A DNA stretch of 64,000 nt from Thermodesulfobacteriota bacterium (lineage in GTDB: Bacteria; Desulfobacterota; QYQD01). Under the pieces are notes generated by a model that did not search any database, had not been told where the DNA came from, and was given only the letters and a program-made list of their open reading frames with translations. The position numbers were made by a program, and so were the translations under genes. The stretch covers positions 35,117 through 99,116 of the forward strand of contig JAVHLC010000011.1 in assembly GCA_031082315.1 (NCBI GenBank), written 5' to 3'. Shown piece after piece: positions 36,097 through 45,848 of this stretch (its first letter is position 1; each line of letters begins with the position of its first letter).

Positions 36097-37488
36097 ATGC
36101 CGGCTTACGAGAGAACTAACTTTAAAAGCCTGCTGAAGGCCATAGCAAAGGGCGAGGTAGCGCCTGTTTATCTCCTGTGGGGTGAACGGTATCTCTACCA
36201 GTCGGCCTATGAAGAGCTTATTGCCGCCCTCCTTCCTGAAAAAAACCGCGGCACCAACCTCCGGGTGATAGACGGGGCTAATGAAGACGTCTATCGTCTG
36301 GTAGAGGAATTGCAGACCCTGCCCCTTTTCCCCGGGAGGCAGGTTTTTGTGGTAAAGGACACCCGTCTCTTTCATTCCAAAAGTACGGCCGACCCGCTTC
36401 TGGCTAAAAGCCGTGAGTACTTTATAAAAGGCGACCTTCAGGCGGCGGCTCGGAGCCTCGTGCAGGCCATTTCCTCATCCGGTCTGGCCATTGAGGATGT
36501 CAGGGACGGGGGATGGGAGAAGATACCGGATAGTACCTGGGAAAAGATATTCAGCGCCCCAAAGAGTGGGGAGGATATTAACTGGCTGAATGAAGTGACT
36601 AACTTCGCCATACAGGCCGGGCAGGAAGAATCGGCCCCCGCCGGAGGTGGAGGGGATATTCTGGAAGAGACCCTGGCCAAAGGCATACCGGCTTCCAACC
36701 ATCTGATCTTGCTTACAGATACTGTGGACAGACGCAAATCTCTCTACCGGCTGATAGAAAAGATGGGTGTGGTTGTGAGCTTCGCGGTCGATAAAGGAAT
36801 TACCGCCGCGGCAAAACGCAGTCAGGATACGGTGCTCAAGGACCTGATGAAGGATATACTCACACGCCATGGAAAGGCCATGGAGCCGCGCGCAGCATCC
36901 GATCTTATCGAAAGGATAGGTTTTAATCCGGCTTCCCTGGCCGCCGCATTAGAAAAACTGGTCAGTTACAGCGGTGAAAGAAAGACCATCACCCTGAAAG
37001 ATATTGACGCGGTAGTGAAACGGGAAAGGGAAGAGCCGATTTATGAACTGACCGGGGCATTCGGTGACCGGGATGCCGAGAAGGCCCTTTCTTCCCTGGG
37101 TCTGCTCCTTGACCAGGGTTATGTGCCGCTCCAGATACTGGCTGCCCTCATCAGACAGATTCGCCGCCTTCTCCTGGCCAGGTGGGCGTTGGATACGAGT
37201 CTGGATTTTTTGGGAAAAGGGGATGTCACGTATCAAGGCATTCAGCAGGGACTGCCGGGGCTTAAGAAAGAAGGAAAGATACCTAAGGAGCTGGAAAAAC
37301 TTTCACCGTACCCGCTTTTCTTGCTTTTAAAACAGGCCAGGGGGTTTCAAATTGAGCACCTTGTTCAGTGTATGTCCGAACTCCTTAGGGTCGATATGGC
37401 CCTCAAATCCGGCGGGGTAGCGCCTAAACTTTTGCTGGAAGACTTGATCCTGAAATGCCTGGTTTTTCATCCTGAGACTGCCGGTTGA
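36097..37488 (+). CDS. holA: DNA polymerase III subunit delta (with internal insertion)
   Basis: N-terminal PVYLLWGERYL and C-terminal delta-subunit domain. Start moved to MPAYER because the tracked start lies inside a repeat. Confidence 0.7.
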   Translation: MPAYERTNFKSLLKAIAKGEVAPVYLLWGERYLYQSAYEELIAALLPEKNRGTNLRVIDGANEDVYRLVEELQTLPLFPGRQVFVVKDTRLFHSKSTADPLLAKSREYFIKGDLQAAARSLVQAISSSGLAIEDVRDGGWEKIPDSTWEKIFSAPKSGEDINWLNEVTNFAIQAGQEESAPAGGGGDILEETLAKGIPASNHLILLTDTVDRRKSLYRLIEKMGVVVSFAVDKGITAAAKRSQDTVLKDLMKDILTRHGKAMEPRAASDLIERIGFNPASLAAALEKLVSYSGERKTITLKDIDAVVKREREEPIYELTGAFGDRDAEKALSSLGLLLDQGYVPLQILAALIRQIRRLLLARWALDTSLDFLGKGDVTYQGIQQGLPGLKKEGKIPKELEKLSPYPLFLLLKQARGFQIEHLVQCMSELLRVDMALKSGGVAPKLLLEDLILKCLVFHPETAG

Positions 37489-37504
37489 TCTGCCAAATAA
37501 AAAG

Positions 37505-37530
37505 CCCCGGAGGGGTTCCGCCCTCCGGGG
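37505..37530. terminator. Strong GC hairpin, probable terminator (better U-tract on the minus strand)
   Basis: CCCCGGAGGG-GTTCCG-CCCTCCGGGG, a 10-bp perfect stem. Plus-strand A-tract upstream gives the T-tract for minus-strand transcripts. Confidence 0.55.
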
Positions 37531-37920
37531 GTTCGGGGTTAGGTAGTTAGGTTGACCGACCACCTTATCTTTTTGTCTATCCCGGAATGCCGTTTAGAGC
37601 TGTCGAGCTCGAAGTGCTCTCTTTTTAAGTTTTGCCATCCATTACCGGGCATCTGCCGCAGATGAGGATCGCTTTTACTTTTTTAGTTATTAGACTCGGC
37701 CGACGCTCAAATCACGCACAACCCAGGAAGCTGTATATTATGGTTTTCTTATCGGCGGCATAGTCCGGTGACTTTAATTAAAATTTAATCCACATATAAA
37801 TATACGTAACTTCAATTAAATAATTACAATACTAAATGTAATGCATTATGTATTTCTGTTTGGGTCATCACTTTCAGCGGTCATTTCACCTGAGCCGGGC
37901 TGATGATTATCAAACAGTGG

Positions 37921-38409
37921 CTACCGGGCACATTCCGAAGGATCGCCTTTGATCTTGGCCAGGGCATGGGGGAGAGCAGGCAGGAGGGTGGTTAGATTTT
38001 CACGGGCGCCTTTCGGGCTGCCCGGCAGATTAATAATCAGGGTCTCTTTCCTTATCCCGGCTAAGGCCCGTGAGAGCATGGCATGCGGCGTTTTTTGCAG
38101 GCTGGCGGCGCGCATGGCCTCGGCTATGCCCGGGACTTCCCGTTCAATAACCATGGCCGTGGCCTCCGGAGTCACATCTCGCGGGGAAAGTCCTGTACCG
38201 CCTGTGGTCACGATCATATCTGCTTTTCCCACATCTACCAAGCGCACTAAGGTATTGACAATAACGGTTAGATCATCAGGGATGATGGTATAGGCGGCGA
38301 TACGGTAACCGGCCTTACTTAATATCTTTTTCAGTTCCGTGCCGCTCAGATCCTCCCGTTTTCCCTCGGACCCCTTATCGCTTATAGTGACTATGGCTGC
38401 TGTGTACAT
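37921..38409 (-). CDS. MogA/MoaB-family molybdenum cofactor biosynthesis protein
   Basis: 162 aa. TISDKGS...TTGGTGLSPRDVTPEA motifs. Confidence 0.85.
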   Translation of the reverse strand: MYTAAIVTISDKGSEGKREDLSGTELKKILSKAGYRIAAYTIIPDDLTVIVNTLVRLVDVGKADMIVTTGGTGLSPRDVTPEATAMVIEREVPGIAEAMRAASLQKTPHAMLSRALAGIRKETLIINLPGSPKGARENLTTLLPALPHALAKIKGDPSECAR

Positions 38410-38464
38410 AGGTTTTTTAAGTTATGCGCCGCCCCAGGTCGACCGAAGGCTGGAGGCAGACTGG

Positions 38465-39091
38465 TTAATGTTTTTTTTGACCGAGCAGGCGCAGGGCCTG
38501 TGAAGAAATAGTCTTCAGGACATCCTTGCTCTTGGCTATATCTCGCAAATCTGCCTCGCGCAGGAGCGGCAGCAACCTTATGGCCAGCATAAGCGGCGTC
38601 TTCGGGTTCTTAACCAGCTCTACCTTAACCGGATAGACCTTCAGCCACTTGCGTTCAGTGGCCAGATGCCGGATAACGCCTTCGTCCATAGTGCGCATCT
38701 TGGCTATCTGGACTGCCTCGGCATCGGTAAGACGCGCATTCTGTACCACGGCTCCCTGGACCATCTTGTTCCCGTCGCGGATGAGGATGCCCCGGGACTC
38801 TTTGTCGCCGGTCATGGCCAGCTTGATCTTTTCGGCGACGTTCATCCGGGCTATCTTCTGGGATAGGGACTGGCTTTCTTTATCCGGTTCTTCGTTGGTC
38901 AATACCAAAATTCCCCGTAATCGTTCACCGTTGACCGTAAGAACCTGAAAAGCGTCTTTTTGGCAAAGAGTCACGGTGATCGCGTATTCCGTTTCGGCCT
39001 CCAGTCCCTGGTCCAAAAGACCAGGAACCAGAGTACAAGAGCCAAATATCCCCTGAAAAGCGCAAGGAACGTCTTTTCGGTGAACGGTCAA
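38465..39091 (-). CDS. Hypothetical protein
   Basis: 208-aa ORF downstream of the EF-G paralogue. Helical-repeat-like C-terminus. No diagnostic motif recognised. Confidence 0.4.
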   Translation of the reverse strand: MTVHRKDVPCAFQGIFGSCTLVPGLLDQGLEAETEYAITVTLCQKDAFQVLTVNGERLRGILVLTNEEPDKESQSLSQKIARMNVAEKIKLAMTGDKESRGILIRDGNKMVQGAVVQNARLTDAEAVQIAKMRTMDEGVIRHLATERKWLKVYPVKVELVKNPKTPLMLAIRLLPLLREADLRDIAKSKDVLKTISSQALRLLGQKKH

Positions 39092-39127
39092 CAGTGAACG
39101 GTGGACGGTTACAATTTCCCCTGATCT

Positions 39128-41212
39128 CTAAGCCTCGCCTTCCTTTTTACCCGCAGCGACAATCTTTTCAGTCAGGTGAGCCGGAACTTCTTCGTAGTGC
39201 AAGAATTCCATGCTGAATGTGCCGCGTCCGGCAGTCATCGAGGTGAGCTCGGAGGCGTAACGCAGCACCTCGACCATGGGCACATGGGCCAGGATGGCCT
39301 GCACCCCGGATCGTGTCTCTACCCCTATTACCTTTCCCCGGCGGCTGTTTATGTCCCCGATAACATCACCCATGCAGTCGTCCGGGACCAGAACAGTCAT
39401 AGACATGATCGGTTCCAGCAAGATAGGCATAGCCTCCAGCATGCCTTTCTTGAAGCACTGGATGGCTGCAATCTTGAAGGCTGTCTCCGATGAATCAACC
39501 TCATGCGACTTACCGTCATAAAATCTGACTTTAACGCCCACGACCGGATAGCCGGCCAAAGGGCCTGCCTGCATAGCTTCCTGAATGCCCTTTTCCACTG
39601 CAGGAACAAAATTGCGGGGTACATTCATTCCGGTCAGGGCATTTTCAAACTCAAAGCTGCCCCCCTGGGGCAGGGGACTGATATCAAAGTGAACCTCGGC
39701 AAACTGCCCGGCCCCGCCGGTCTGTTTCTTATGCCGATAGACAACACCCTGTTTGGTTTTTTTGATGGCCTCTTTATAAGGGACCTTGGGCAGGGTAAGG
39801 TTGACGTCAACATTGTATTTTCTTTTTAACTTTTCTGCGACAACCTCGATATGGATTTGTCCCATGCCGGAAAGAATGGTTTCCCTGGTCGCCTCATTAC
39901 GGGTAACCAGGATGGCATTGTCTTCTTCTTTGAGTTTCCCCAGGGCCGCGGATATCTTCTCTTCATCGGCCTTGGTTTTTGGTTTTAAGGCGTAGGAAAT
40001 AACCGGCTGCGGCGGTTGCAGGGCCTCAATGATGACCGGCGATCCTTCAGTACAGAGGGTGTCACCGGTCACGGTGTCCCTTAATTTAGCGACTGCGACC
40101 AATTCTCCCGGTCCCACACCTTCAACGGATTTTTGTGCCTTACCTTCCAGGGACAGAAGCTGGCCGATACGCTCTGTGGTCTGCTTGTTTGAGTTGTAGA
40201 GGGTGGTGTCCGGTTTCAGTGTGCCGGAGTAAATGCGCAAGATAGAGAGCCGTCCGGCATACGGATCAGACAGGGTCTTGAAGACCAGAGCCGCCAACGA
40301 CGCATCGGGAACGGGAGCTATTTCGACCGGTTCCTTGGTCTTGGCATTTAAGGCCATTTTTGCTCCCTTATCCAGAGGTGAAGGAAGATATTGATTGACG
40401 GCCTCCATAAGGGTGGTGACACCGATATTGCGTGTAGCTGAGCCACAGCATATCAGGACAAATCGTCCCGCAGTCATACCGCCGGCCAGGCCTTTTTCTA
40501 TTTCGGCCACCGTCAGGGTTCCTTCCTCCAGAAATTTTTCCACCAGGGCGTCGTCTGCCTCCGCAGCGTATTCCTGGAGATTTTCCCGGTGTTTTTTAAC
40601 AGAATCTTTCATGTCTTCGGGGATAGGACATTCCTTGTACTGGCCGCTTTGATCGCCGGCAAATACAAAGGCCTTTTCATTTATGAGGTCCACCACCCCG
40701 GTGAACTTATCTTCTGCGCCAATAGGGAGTTGAACGGGCACGCAGCGGGCGTTGAGGGTGGTGGAAATGCTATCTAATGTCCTGTAAAAATCCGCCCTTT
40801 CCCGGTCCATTTTATTAATGAAAATAATACGGGGCAGATGGAACTCCCCAGCCAGATTCCATATCTTCAGGGTTAAGGGTTTGGCCCCGTCAATGGCATC
40901 GATTACGAATACGGCGCTGTCTGCCACCTGCAGGGACATCCTGGTATCATTGAGGAAATTATCATCACCCGGGGTATCGATAAAATGGATCGTATGTTTT
41001 TGCCACGTATAATGATTAAAGGCCGAGTTTATAGTAATCTTTCTTTTGATTTCTTCCGGTTCGTAGTCCAGAATTGAGGTGCCGTCATCTACCCGGCCCA
41101 GACGGTTTGTCCGTCCCGATGCAAAAAGTATTGCCTCGGCCAGGGATGTTTTGCCTGCGCCGCTATGAGCGAGCAAGGCTATATTGCGAACCTTGTCTAA
41201 CTGAATACCCAT
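39128..41212 (-). CDS. Elongation factor G family GTPase (EF-G paralogue)
   Basis: AHSGAGKTS (G1), DTPGDDNF (G3), NKMD (G4). 694 aa. Confidence 0.9.
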   Translation of the reverse strand: MGIQLDKVRNIALLAHSGAGKTSLAEAILFASGRTNRLGRVDDGTSILDYEPEEIKRKITINSAFNHYTWQKHTIHFIDTPGDDNFLNDTRMSLQVADSAVFVIDAIDGAKPLTLKIWNLAGEFHLPRIIFINKMDRERADFYRTLDSISTTLNARCVPVQLPIGAEDKFTGVVDLINEKAFVFAGDQSGQYKECPIPEDMKDSVKKHRENLQEYAAEADDALVEKFLEEGTLTVAEIEKGLAGGMTAGRFVLICCGSATRNIGVTTLMEAVNQYLPSPLDKGAKMALNAKTKEPVEIAPVPDASLAALVFKTLSDPYAGRLSILRIYSGTLKPDTTLYNSNKQTTERIGQLLSLEGKAQKSVEGVGPGELVAVAKLRDTVTGDTLCTEGSPVIIEALQPPQPVISYALKPKTKADEEKISAALGKLKEEDNAILVTRNEATRETILSGMGQIHIEVVAEKLKRKYNVDVNLTLPKVPYKEAIKKTKQGVVYRHKKQTGGAGQFAEVHFDISPLPQGGSFEFENALTGMNVPRNFVPAVEKGIQEAMQAGPLAGYPVVGVKVRFYDGKSHEVDSSETAFKIAAIQCFKKGMLEAMPILLEPIMSMTVLVPDDCMGDVIGDINSRRGKVIGVETRSGVQAILAHVPMVEVLRYASELTSMTAGRGTFSMEFLHYEEVPAHLTEKIVAAGKKEGEA

Positions 41213-41230
41213 GTCTTCCCCTTTCTAAAC

Positions 41231-41376
41231 TGAACATGCATAGCGAGCGCATTCCCCGCTGCTTGCCATCCAGGTCCGACCCTGGCGGGCGGCGGGGTTA
41301 GCGAGCGAATACTATGCTTTTTACCTTACATACGGAGATTCCCTGTCCGCCGCAGGCGAACTGCGGGGAGCTTCAA
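41231..41376 (+). repeat. Repeat family R1, long form (copy c)
   Basis: Same architecture as 8607-8745. The terminal hairpin sequence differs (CCGCAG-GCGAA-CTGCGG). Confidence 0.85.
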
Positions 41377-41552
41377 TCTTTATTCACAAGTTTTTGCAAA
41401 ATATCGACTTAAAATTTTAAAGTCAAGCCTTAATTGTAATAGTTCACCGCAGAGTGCGCAGAGAACGCCTCTGCCTGCCCGCCTTGCCTTGGATGCTTGA
41501 GTCCGGTGATTAAGGTTTTTCTTTTTTGTGTCGATATAGTTGGCGTAGCTTG

Positions 41553-41720
41553 TTGCCATCCGGCCACGGGCCGAAAGCCCCGGTTTTCCGGATGGAACGG
41601 TCAGCAGTCGGCTATCAGCGTTCAGCTTAAGATGATGTTGTTTGTCTTATTTTTTTGCTGACGGCTGAAAGCTGATCGCTGAGGGCTTTCATCCGGAAAC
41701 GGTAGTTTCCGGATGAAAAC
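41553..41720. repeat. Repeat family R3: ~170-bp nested palindromic element
   Basis: TTTTCCGGATGGA...CAGCAGTCGGCTATCAGCGTTCAGC...GCTGACGGCTGAAAGCTGATCGCTG...CCGGAAACGGTAGTTTCCGGATGAAAAC. Related copies at 56546 and 62181. Confidence 0.8.
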
Positions 41721-41746
41721 TAACTCAAGCGGAGGATTGGCTAAAG

Positions 41747-42829
41747 ATGGCCCAGATTGACGCCTTTTTTAAATTGATGCATGAGCAGGGCGCCTCGGAC
41801 CTGCATCTTATATCCGGATCTCAACCTATCTTGCGTATTCGGGGTGAGATGGAACGGGTCAAATATAAGATCATGGAAAACGACGAACTCAAGGCCATGC
41901 TCTATGAGATCACCCCGGAGGACAAGATCAAGATATTTGAGGAGACCGGCGATCTTGATTTCGGTCATGAGATCCCGGGATTAGCCAGATATCGCGCCAA
42001 TTTTTTCATGCAGAAATACGGCATAGGGGCGGTTTTCAGAGAGATACCGAACGATATCCTGTCGGCCGAACAATTGGGCCTGCCGGCGGTGGTTAAGAAC
42101 CTGGCTACGCTCCCTAAGGGTATGATATTGGTGACCGGCCCTACCGGCAGCGGTAAATCAACGACACTGGCCGCGATTGTTGATCACGCCAATGCGACCC
42201 GCAAGGATCATATTATCACGGTTGAAGACCCTATCGAGTTTGTGCACAAGAGCAAAGGCTGTATTGTAAACCATCGTGAGGTAGGAACGCATACAAAGTC
42301 TTTTGCCGCGGCCCTCAGGGCCAGCTTGCGTGAAGACCCGGACATTATCCTGGTCGGTGAGCTGCGTGATCTGGAGACTATCGCTCTGGCCATGGAGGCG
42401 GCTATGACCGGCCATCTGGTCTTTGCCACGTTACATACATTGAATGCCTCCAAGACCGTGGACCGCATGATTGAAATCTTCCCGGCCAACCAGCAGCCCC
42501 AGGTGCGCTCTACTCTGGCTGATGCCTTGCGGGCCGTGGTCTCACAGACCATGTTCAAGCGCGTGGACATTAAAGGCAGGTGCGTGGCCCTGGAAATATT
42601 GATTGCCACACCTGCAGTGCGCAACCTCATCCGTGAGGGGAAAACCTATCAGATCCCATCTGCCATGCAGACCGGTAAAAAATACGGCATGCAGACCCTG
42701 GACGATGCCATTATGGAACTCCTGCAGAAAGGGTGGATCGATGCCACTGAGGCGTATAACAAGAGTATCAACAAAGAAAAATTTACCCAATTTTTAAAGA
42801 AGCCGCCGGAAGATTTCACGGAGGTATAA
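41747..42829 (+). CDS. pilT: Type IV pilus retraction ATPase PilT
   Basis: GPTGSGKSTT Walker A, Asp/His boxes, 360 aa. RBS GGAGG. Confidence 0.9.
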   Translation: MAQIDAFFKLMHEQGASDLHLISGSQPILRIRGEMERVKYKIMENDELKAMLYEITPEDKIKIFEETGDLDFGHEIPGLARYRANFFMQKYGIGAVFREIPNDILSAEQLGLPAVVKNLATLPKGMILVTGPTGSGKSTTLAAIVDHANATRKDHIITVEDPIEFVHKSKGCIVNHREVGTHTKSFAAALRASLREDPDIILVGELRDLETIALAMEAAMTGHLVFATLHTLNASKTVDRMIEIFPANQQPQVRSTLADALRAVVSQTMFKRVDIKGRCVALEILIATPAVRNLIREGKTYQIPSAMQTGKKYGMQTLDDAIMELLQKGWIDATEAYNKSINKEKFTQFLKKPPEDFTEV

Positions 42830-42832
42830 AAA

Positions 42833-44011
42833 TTGTCTATAAATAAGGCTGACATCGATCATATCATAACCCGGATGCTGGAATCTCAGGAGAGCATCTC
42901 CGATCTCAACGTAACTGTGGGGCGGCCATTTCAGGTAGTTTCATCGGGCCGTCTGGTTCCGGTATCCCTGGATTCGCCCATTGAGCAGATTACGCCTTAT
43001 CAGGCAGAGACATTTGCCCTTCACCTGATGGCTTCGGATGCAAGGTTGCTCAAGGCCCTGGTTCGGGAAGGTTCCTGTGATTTTTCCTATCAGCTTCCCG
43101 GCCGGGCGCGTTTCAGGGTAAACGTCTTTCAGCAAAAGGGTTATTACTCTACCGTGATGCGGAAACTGAGCACCCATATCCCGACCGTTAAGGAACTTGA
43201 GCTTCCCGAATCTTTTTATAAAATGGCCAGGGAAAAAAATGGGATAATTCTCTTCACCGGCGCCACGGGCACCGGTAAATCGACCTCTCTTGCGGCCATC
43301 CTCAATGAGATAAATGAGGCGGAGCCGCTGCACGTTATCACCCTGGAAGACCCGATAGAGTTTGTTCATGCCCATAGGAAGGCCACATTTAACCAGAGGG
43401 AGCTGGGCGCGGATTTCGACAGCTTTGCCCACGGGCTTCGTGCCGCCCTCAGGCAGGCCCCGAATGTAATCCTGGTGGGCGAGATGCGCGACCGCGAAAC
43501 CATAGAGATCGGTCTGAGCGCCGCGGAGACAGGTCATCTGGTGTTTTCCACCCTGCATACGGTAGATGCCGGTCAGACCGTCAACCGTATTATAGGCATG
43601 TTTAGTAAGGATGAAGAACAGCAGATCCGCATACGCCTCGCTGATACCACACGCTGGGTGGTCTGCCAGAAACTCCTGCCCAAAGTGGGCGGGGGGAGAG
43701 TGGCTGTCTTCGAGGTCATGAACAACAACGTGCGGATCAAAGACTCTATTTTGAACGGCGAGTCGGAAGGAAAGACATTTTACGAGATCATAGACAGCGG
43801 TGAGGCATTCAACATGCAGACCTTCGATAAAGATATCCTTCGTTCTTACGAGCGAGGCCTGATTACGGAAGAAACTGCCCTGGCTTATGCCTCACACCGT
43901 GCGGTGGTCAGCCGGGGCATAGACCAGCTCAAGGCCCAGAAAGGTGAAAAGACCTCCGATATCGAGGGGTTGAAGCTGGACGGGAATTATGGCAAGGAAC
44001 ACAGGAGGTAA
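42833..44011 (+). CDS. PilT/PilU-family ATPase
   Basis: GATGTGKSTS Walker A. PilT-like core with a C-terminal extension. Confidence 0.8.
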   Translation: MSINKADIDHIITRMLESQESISDLNVTVGRPFQVVSSGRLVPVSLDSPIEQITPYQAETFALHLMASDARLLKALVREGSCDFSYQLPGRARFRVNVFQQKGYYSTVMRKLSTHIPTVKELELPESFYKMAREKNGIILFTGATGTGKSTSLAAILNEINEAEPLHVITLEDPIEFVHAHRKATFNQRELGADFDSFAHGLRAALRQAPNVILVGEMRDRETIEIGLSAAETGHLVFSTLHTVDAGQTVNRIIGMFSKDEEQQIRIRLADTTRWVVCQKLLPKVGGGRVAVFEVMNNNVRIKDSILNGESEGKTFYEIIDSGEAFNMQTFDKDILRSYERGLITEETALAYASHRAVVSRGIDQLKAQKGEKTSDIEGLKLDGNYGKEHRR

Positions 44012-44020
44012 ATCTTAAAT

Positions 44021-44644
44021 ATGGAAATCTCATGCCCTGGATGTCAGAAGCGCTTTCTTGTTCCGGATGAAAAGTTACCGGCGAACACCAAAGTCGTCCT
44101 TACCTGCCCGGATTGCAAAGGTAAGATTCCTATAGATACGAGGGGAAAAAGTGAAGAGCCCGGCCCTTTGCCGGATACCGATCAGGATGTCGCCATTGAA
44201 TTCTTCGAAGAAGGGACGAAGACAGGGCTGGTTTGTGTGCCGGATGAGTCTATGAAGGAGGGCGTTGTTCGTGTCCTGGAGGAGTTTGACTACAAAACGA
44301 GTGCGGCCGATGACCTGCGGACCTTTTATGCCAAGGTACGTTATAATCATTATGGCGTGATAGTCGTAAGTGAAAAATCCGCGGAAGGAGGGACGGGAAA
44401 CAATCCCATTTTAAGGTATCTGGAGCGCCTGCCTATATCTGTACGGCGCAATATCTTTTTATTTCTCATTTCCGCTCAGCACAGGACACTGGATACGTTA
44501 ATGGCCTTCTCCCTCTCTGTAGATGCCATTATCAATGAAAAGGACCTGGGCGAAATGCGGGAGATTTTGCAAAAGTCGCTGTCCCAGCATGAGCATTTCT
44601 ACAAGGTATTTAAGGATTGCCTGAGGGCTGAAGGCCGGATTTAA
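44021..44644 (+). CDS. MJ0042-type zinc-ribbon protein
   Basis: MEISCPGCQKRFLVPDEKLP...LTCPDCKGKIPI N-terminus. Remainder unassigned. Confidence 0.55.
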   Translation: MEISCPGCQKRFLVPDEKLPANTKVVLTCPDCKGKIPIDTRGKSEEPGPLPDTDQDVAIEFFEEGTKTGLVCVPDESMKEGVVRVLEEFDYKTSAADDLRTFYAKVRYNHYGVIVVSEKSAEGGTGNNPILRYLERLPISVRRNIFLFLISAQHRTLDTLMAFSLSVDAIINEKDLGEMREILQKSLSQHEHFYKVFKDCLRAEGRI

Positions 44645-44737
44645 AGGTAACACCGCGTAGCCGGGACATTTACTAAACCCCCGCCATCTGATCGAAATCT
44701 CTTGATTTTCCCCCTTAGCTATGTTTATTTTTTGCCT

Positions 44738-45112
44738 ATGATTCAGTACGAATTGGCCGAGGACATTGGTGCATCAATAAAAGGCATTATTCATAAACTA
44801 CAAATGACCCATGTGGATGAATCCAGGCTGGTTTGTATAAGGAGCAAATACTCTAACAGCAAGAGGGTAATTGCCCGCTGCCACGGTCTTTCCAGAATCA
44901 TGCAATTAGCCCTCAACCAGAGGCCTCATTATGTTATCGAGGTTATTTCTGAAAGGTTTGATAAGCTCAGCAAAGAAGAGCAGATTAAGGTTCTTATCCA
45001 CGAACTCATGCATATTCCTCATTCCTTTGGAGGCGGGTTCAGAGTCCACAAGCCGTATGTGACTCAGAAGAAGGTTGAGAGGATGTACAGAAAGTTTGTA
45101 CGGGTCGGATAA
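44738..45112 (+). CDS. Small putative metallopeptidase (HExxH; COG4900/SprT-like)
   Basis: HELMHIPHSFGGGF motif. Start moved to MIQYEL (ATG) from a TTG. Confidence 0.55.
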   Translation: MIQYELAEDIGASIKGIIHKLQMTHVDESRLVCIRSKYSNSKRVIARCHGLSRIMQLALNQRPHYVIEVISERFDKLSKEEQIKVLIHELMHIPHSFGGGFRVHKPYVTQKKVERMYRKFVRVG

Positions 45113-45113
45113 G

Positions 45114-45174
45114 CTTGCCATGCATACGGAGATTCCCCGTCCGTCCTCCGCCTGCGGCGGACGGGAAGCTTCAA
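45114..45174 (+). repeat. Repeat family R1, 3' part only (copy d)
   Basis: GCATACGGAGATTCCCC-[CCCGTCCG...CGGACGGG hairpin]-AAGCTTCAA. Abuts the stop codon of the metallopeptidase gene. Confidence 0.75.
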
Positions 45175-45256
45175 ATTTTCCACTGTGCCGCCGCCAAATA
45201 ATAAATTGCCATAATTACGTCGAGTCGACATAACATCGATAATTACAATAAAAAGC

Positions 45257-45400
45257 AGACCTCCGGATTTTATGCTATCGTCTTATGTAATTGATATTTA
45301 ATTGCATTTCATTTTATTGTACTGTTTGCCAAATTGTAGTATCATCGCTTTTATCTGCGAGTTTTGATGAAAAAATCGAGTCGATATAATATATAATGTT
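45257..45400 (+). promoter_or_regulatory. Conserved array leader, copy 2
   Basis: See copy 1. Similarity ends at GTT (45398-45400), the first bases of cassette heptamer GTTAAGT. Confidence 0.6.
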
Positions 45401-45426
45401 AAGTTTCTCAAGATAAGAGACCCATT

Positions 45427-45774
45427 ATGGAAGTCATATTGAGTATTATTGGTTCAGCATTATTCTCGTGGCTAATTACCAGTATCTATTTTAGGAAAAG
45501 CCTTAAGCAACAGTCGAAGGAAGCTGAAAAAGAGATTTCGCAGCTTTTAAAGTCTTTTGAGAACATACAAAAAGAAAAAAATGAAAGAGTCTTGTATCAA
45601 CATCGTTTAGAGGAATCTATTCAAGAGTACCGTAAAACTGGCACACCTGTGCGAGTTATAGACACTTATGATAATATGTCCGAAGAAGAGAAAGCCAATC
45701 TGTATGATGCTGTCATGTTAAGAGAGAAGGGCAGACTGGGTAAATCTAATAAATATAGAAATAAAAAAACTTAA
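45427..45774 (+). CDS. Cassette ORF: N-terminal TM helix plus coiled-coil protein
   Basis: 115 aa, AT-rich. Its stop codon lies inside attC R'' ACTTAAC. Confidence 0.5.
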   Translation: MEVILSIIGSALFSWLITSIYFRKSLKQQSKEAEKEISQLLKSFENIQKEKNERVLYQHRLEESIQEYRKTGTPVRVIDTYDNMSEEEKANLYDAVMLREKGRLGKSNKYRNKKT

Positions 45775-45832
45775 CATCCTGCTGCAAGGGATGGCGCAAA
45801 AAACCGCGCCACCCTTGAGCAGAGCGTTAGGC
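45769..45832 (+). other. attC-type site (64 nt)
   Basis: ACTTAAC-ATCCT-GCTGCAAGGG-ATGGCGC-AAAAAAC-CGCGCCA-CCCTTGAGCAGAGC-GTTAGGC. R'' is the exact reverse complement of the cassette start GTTAAGT. Confidence 0.8.
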
Positions 45833-45848
45833 GCGTGAGGAAAAATTT

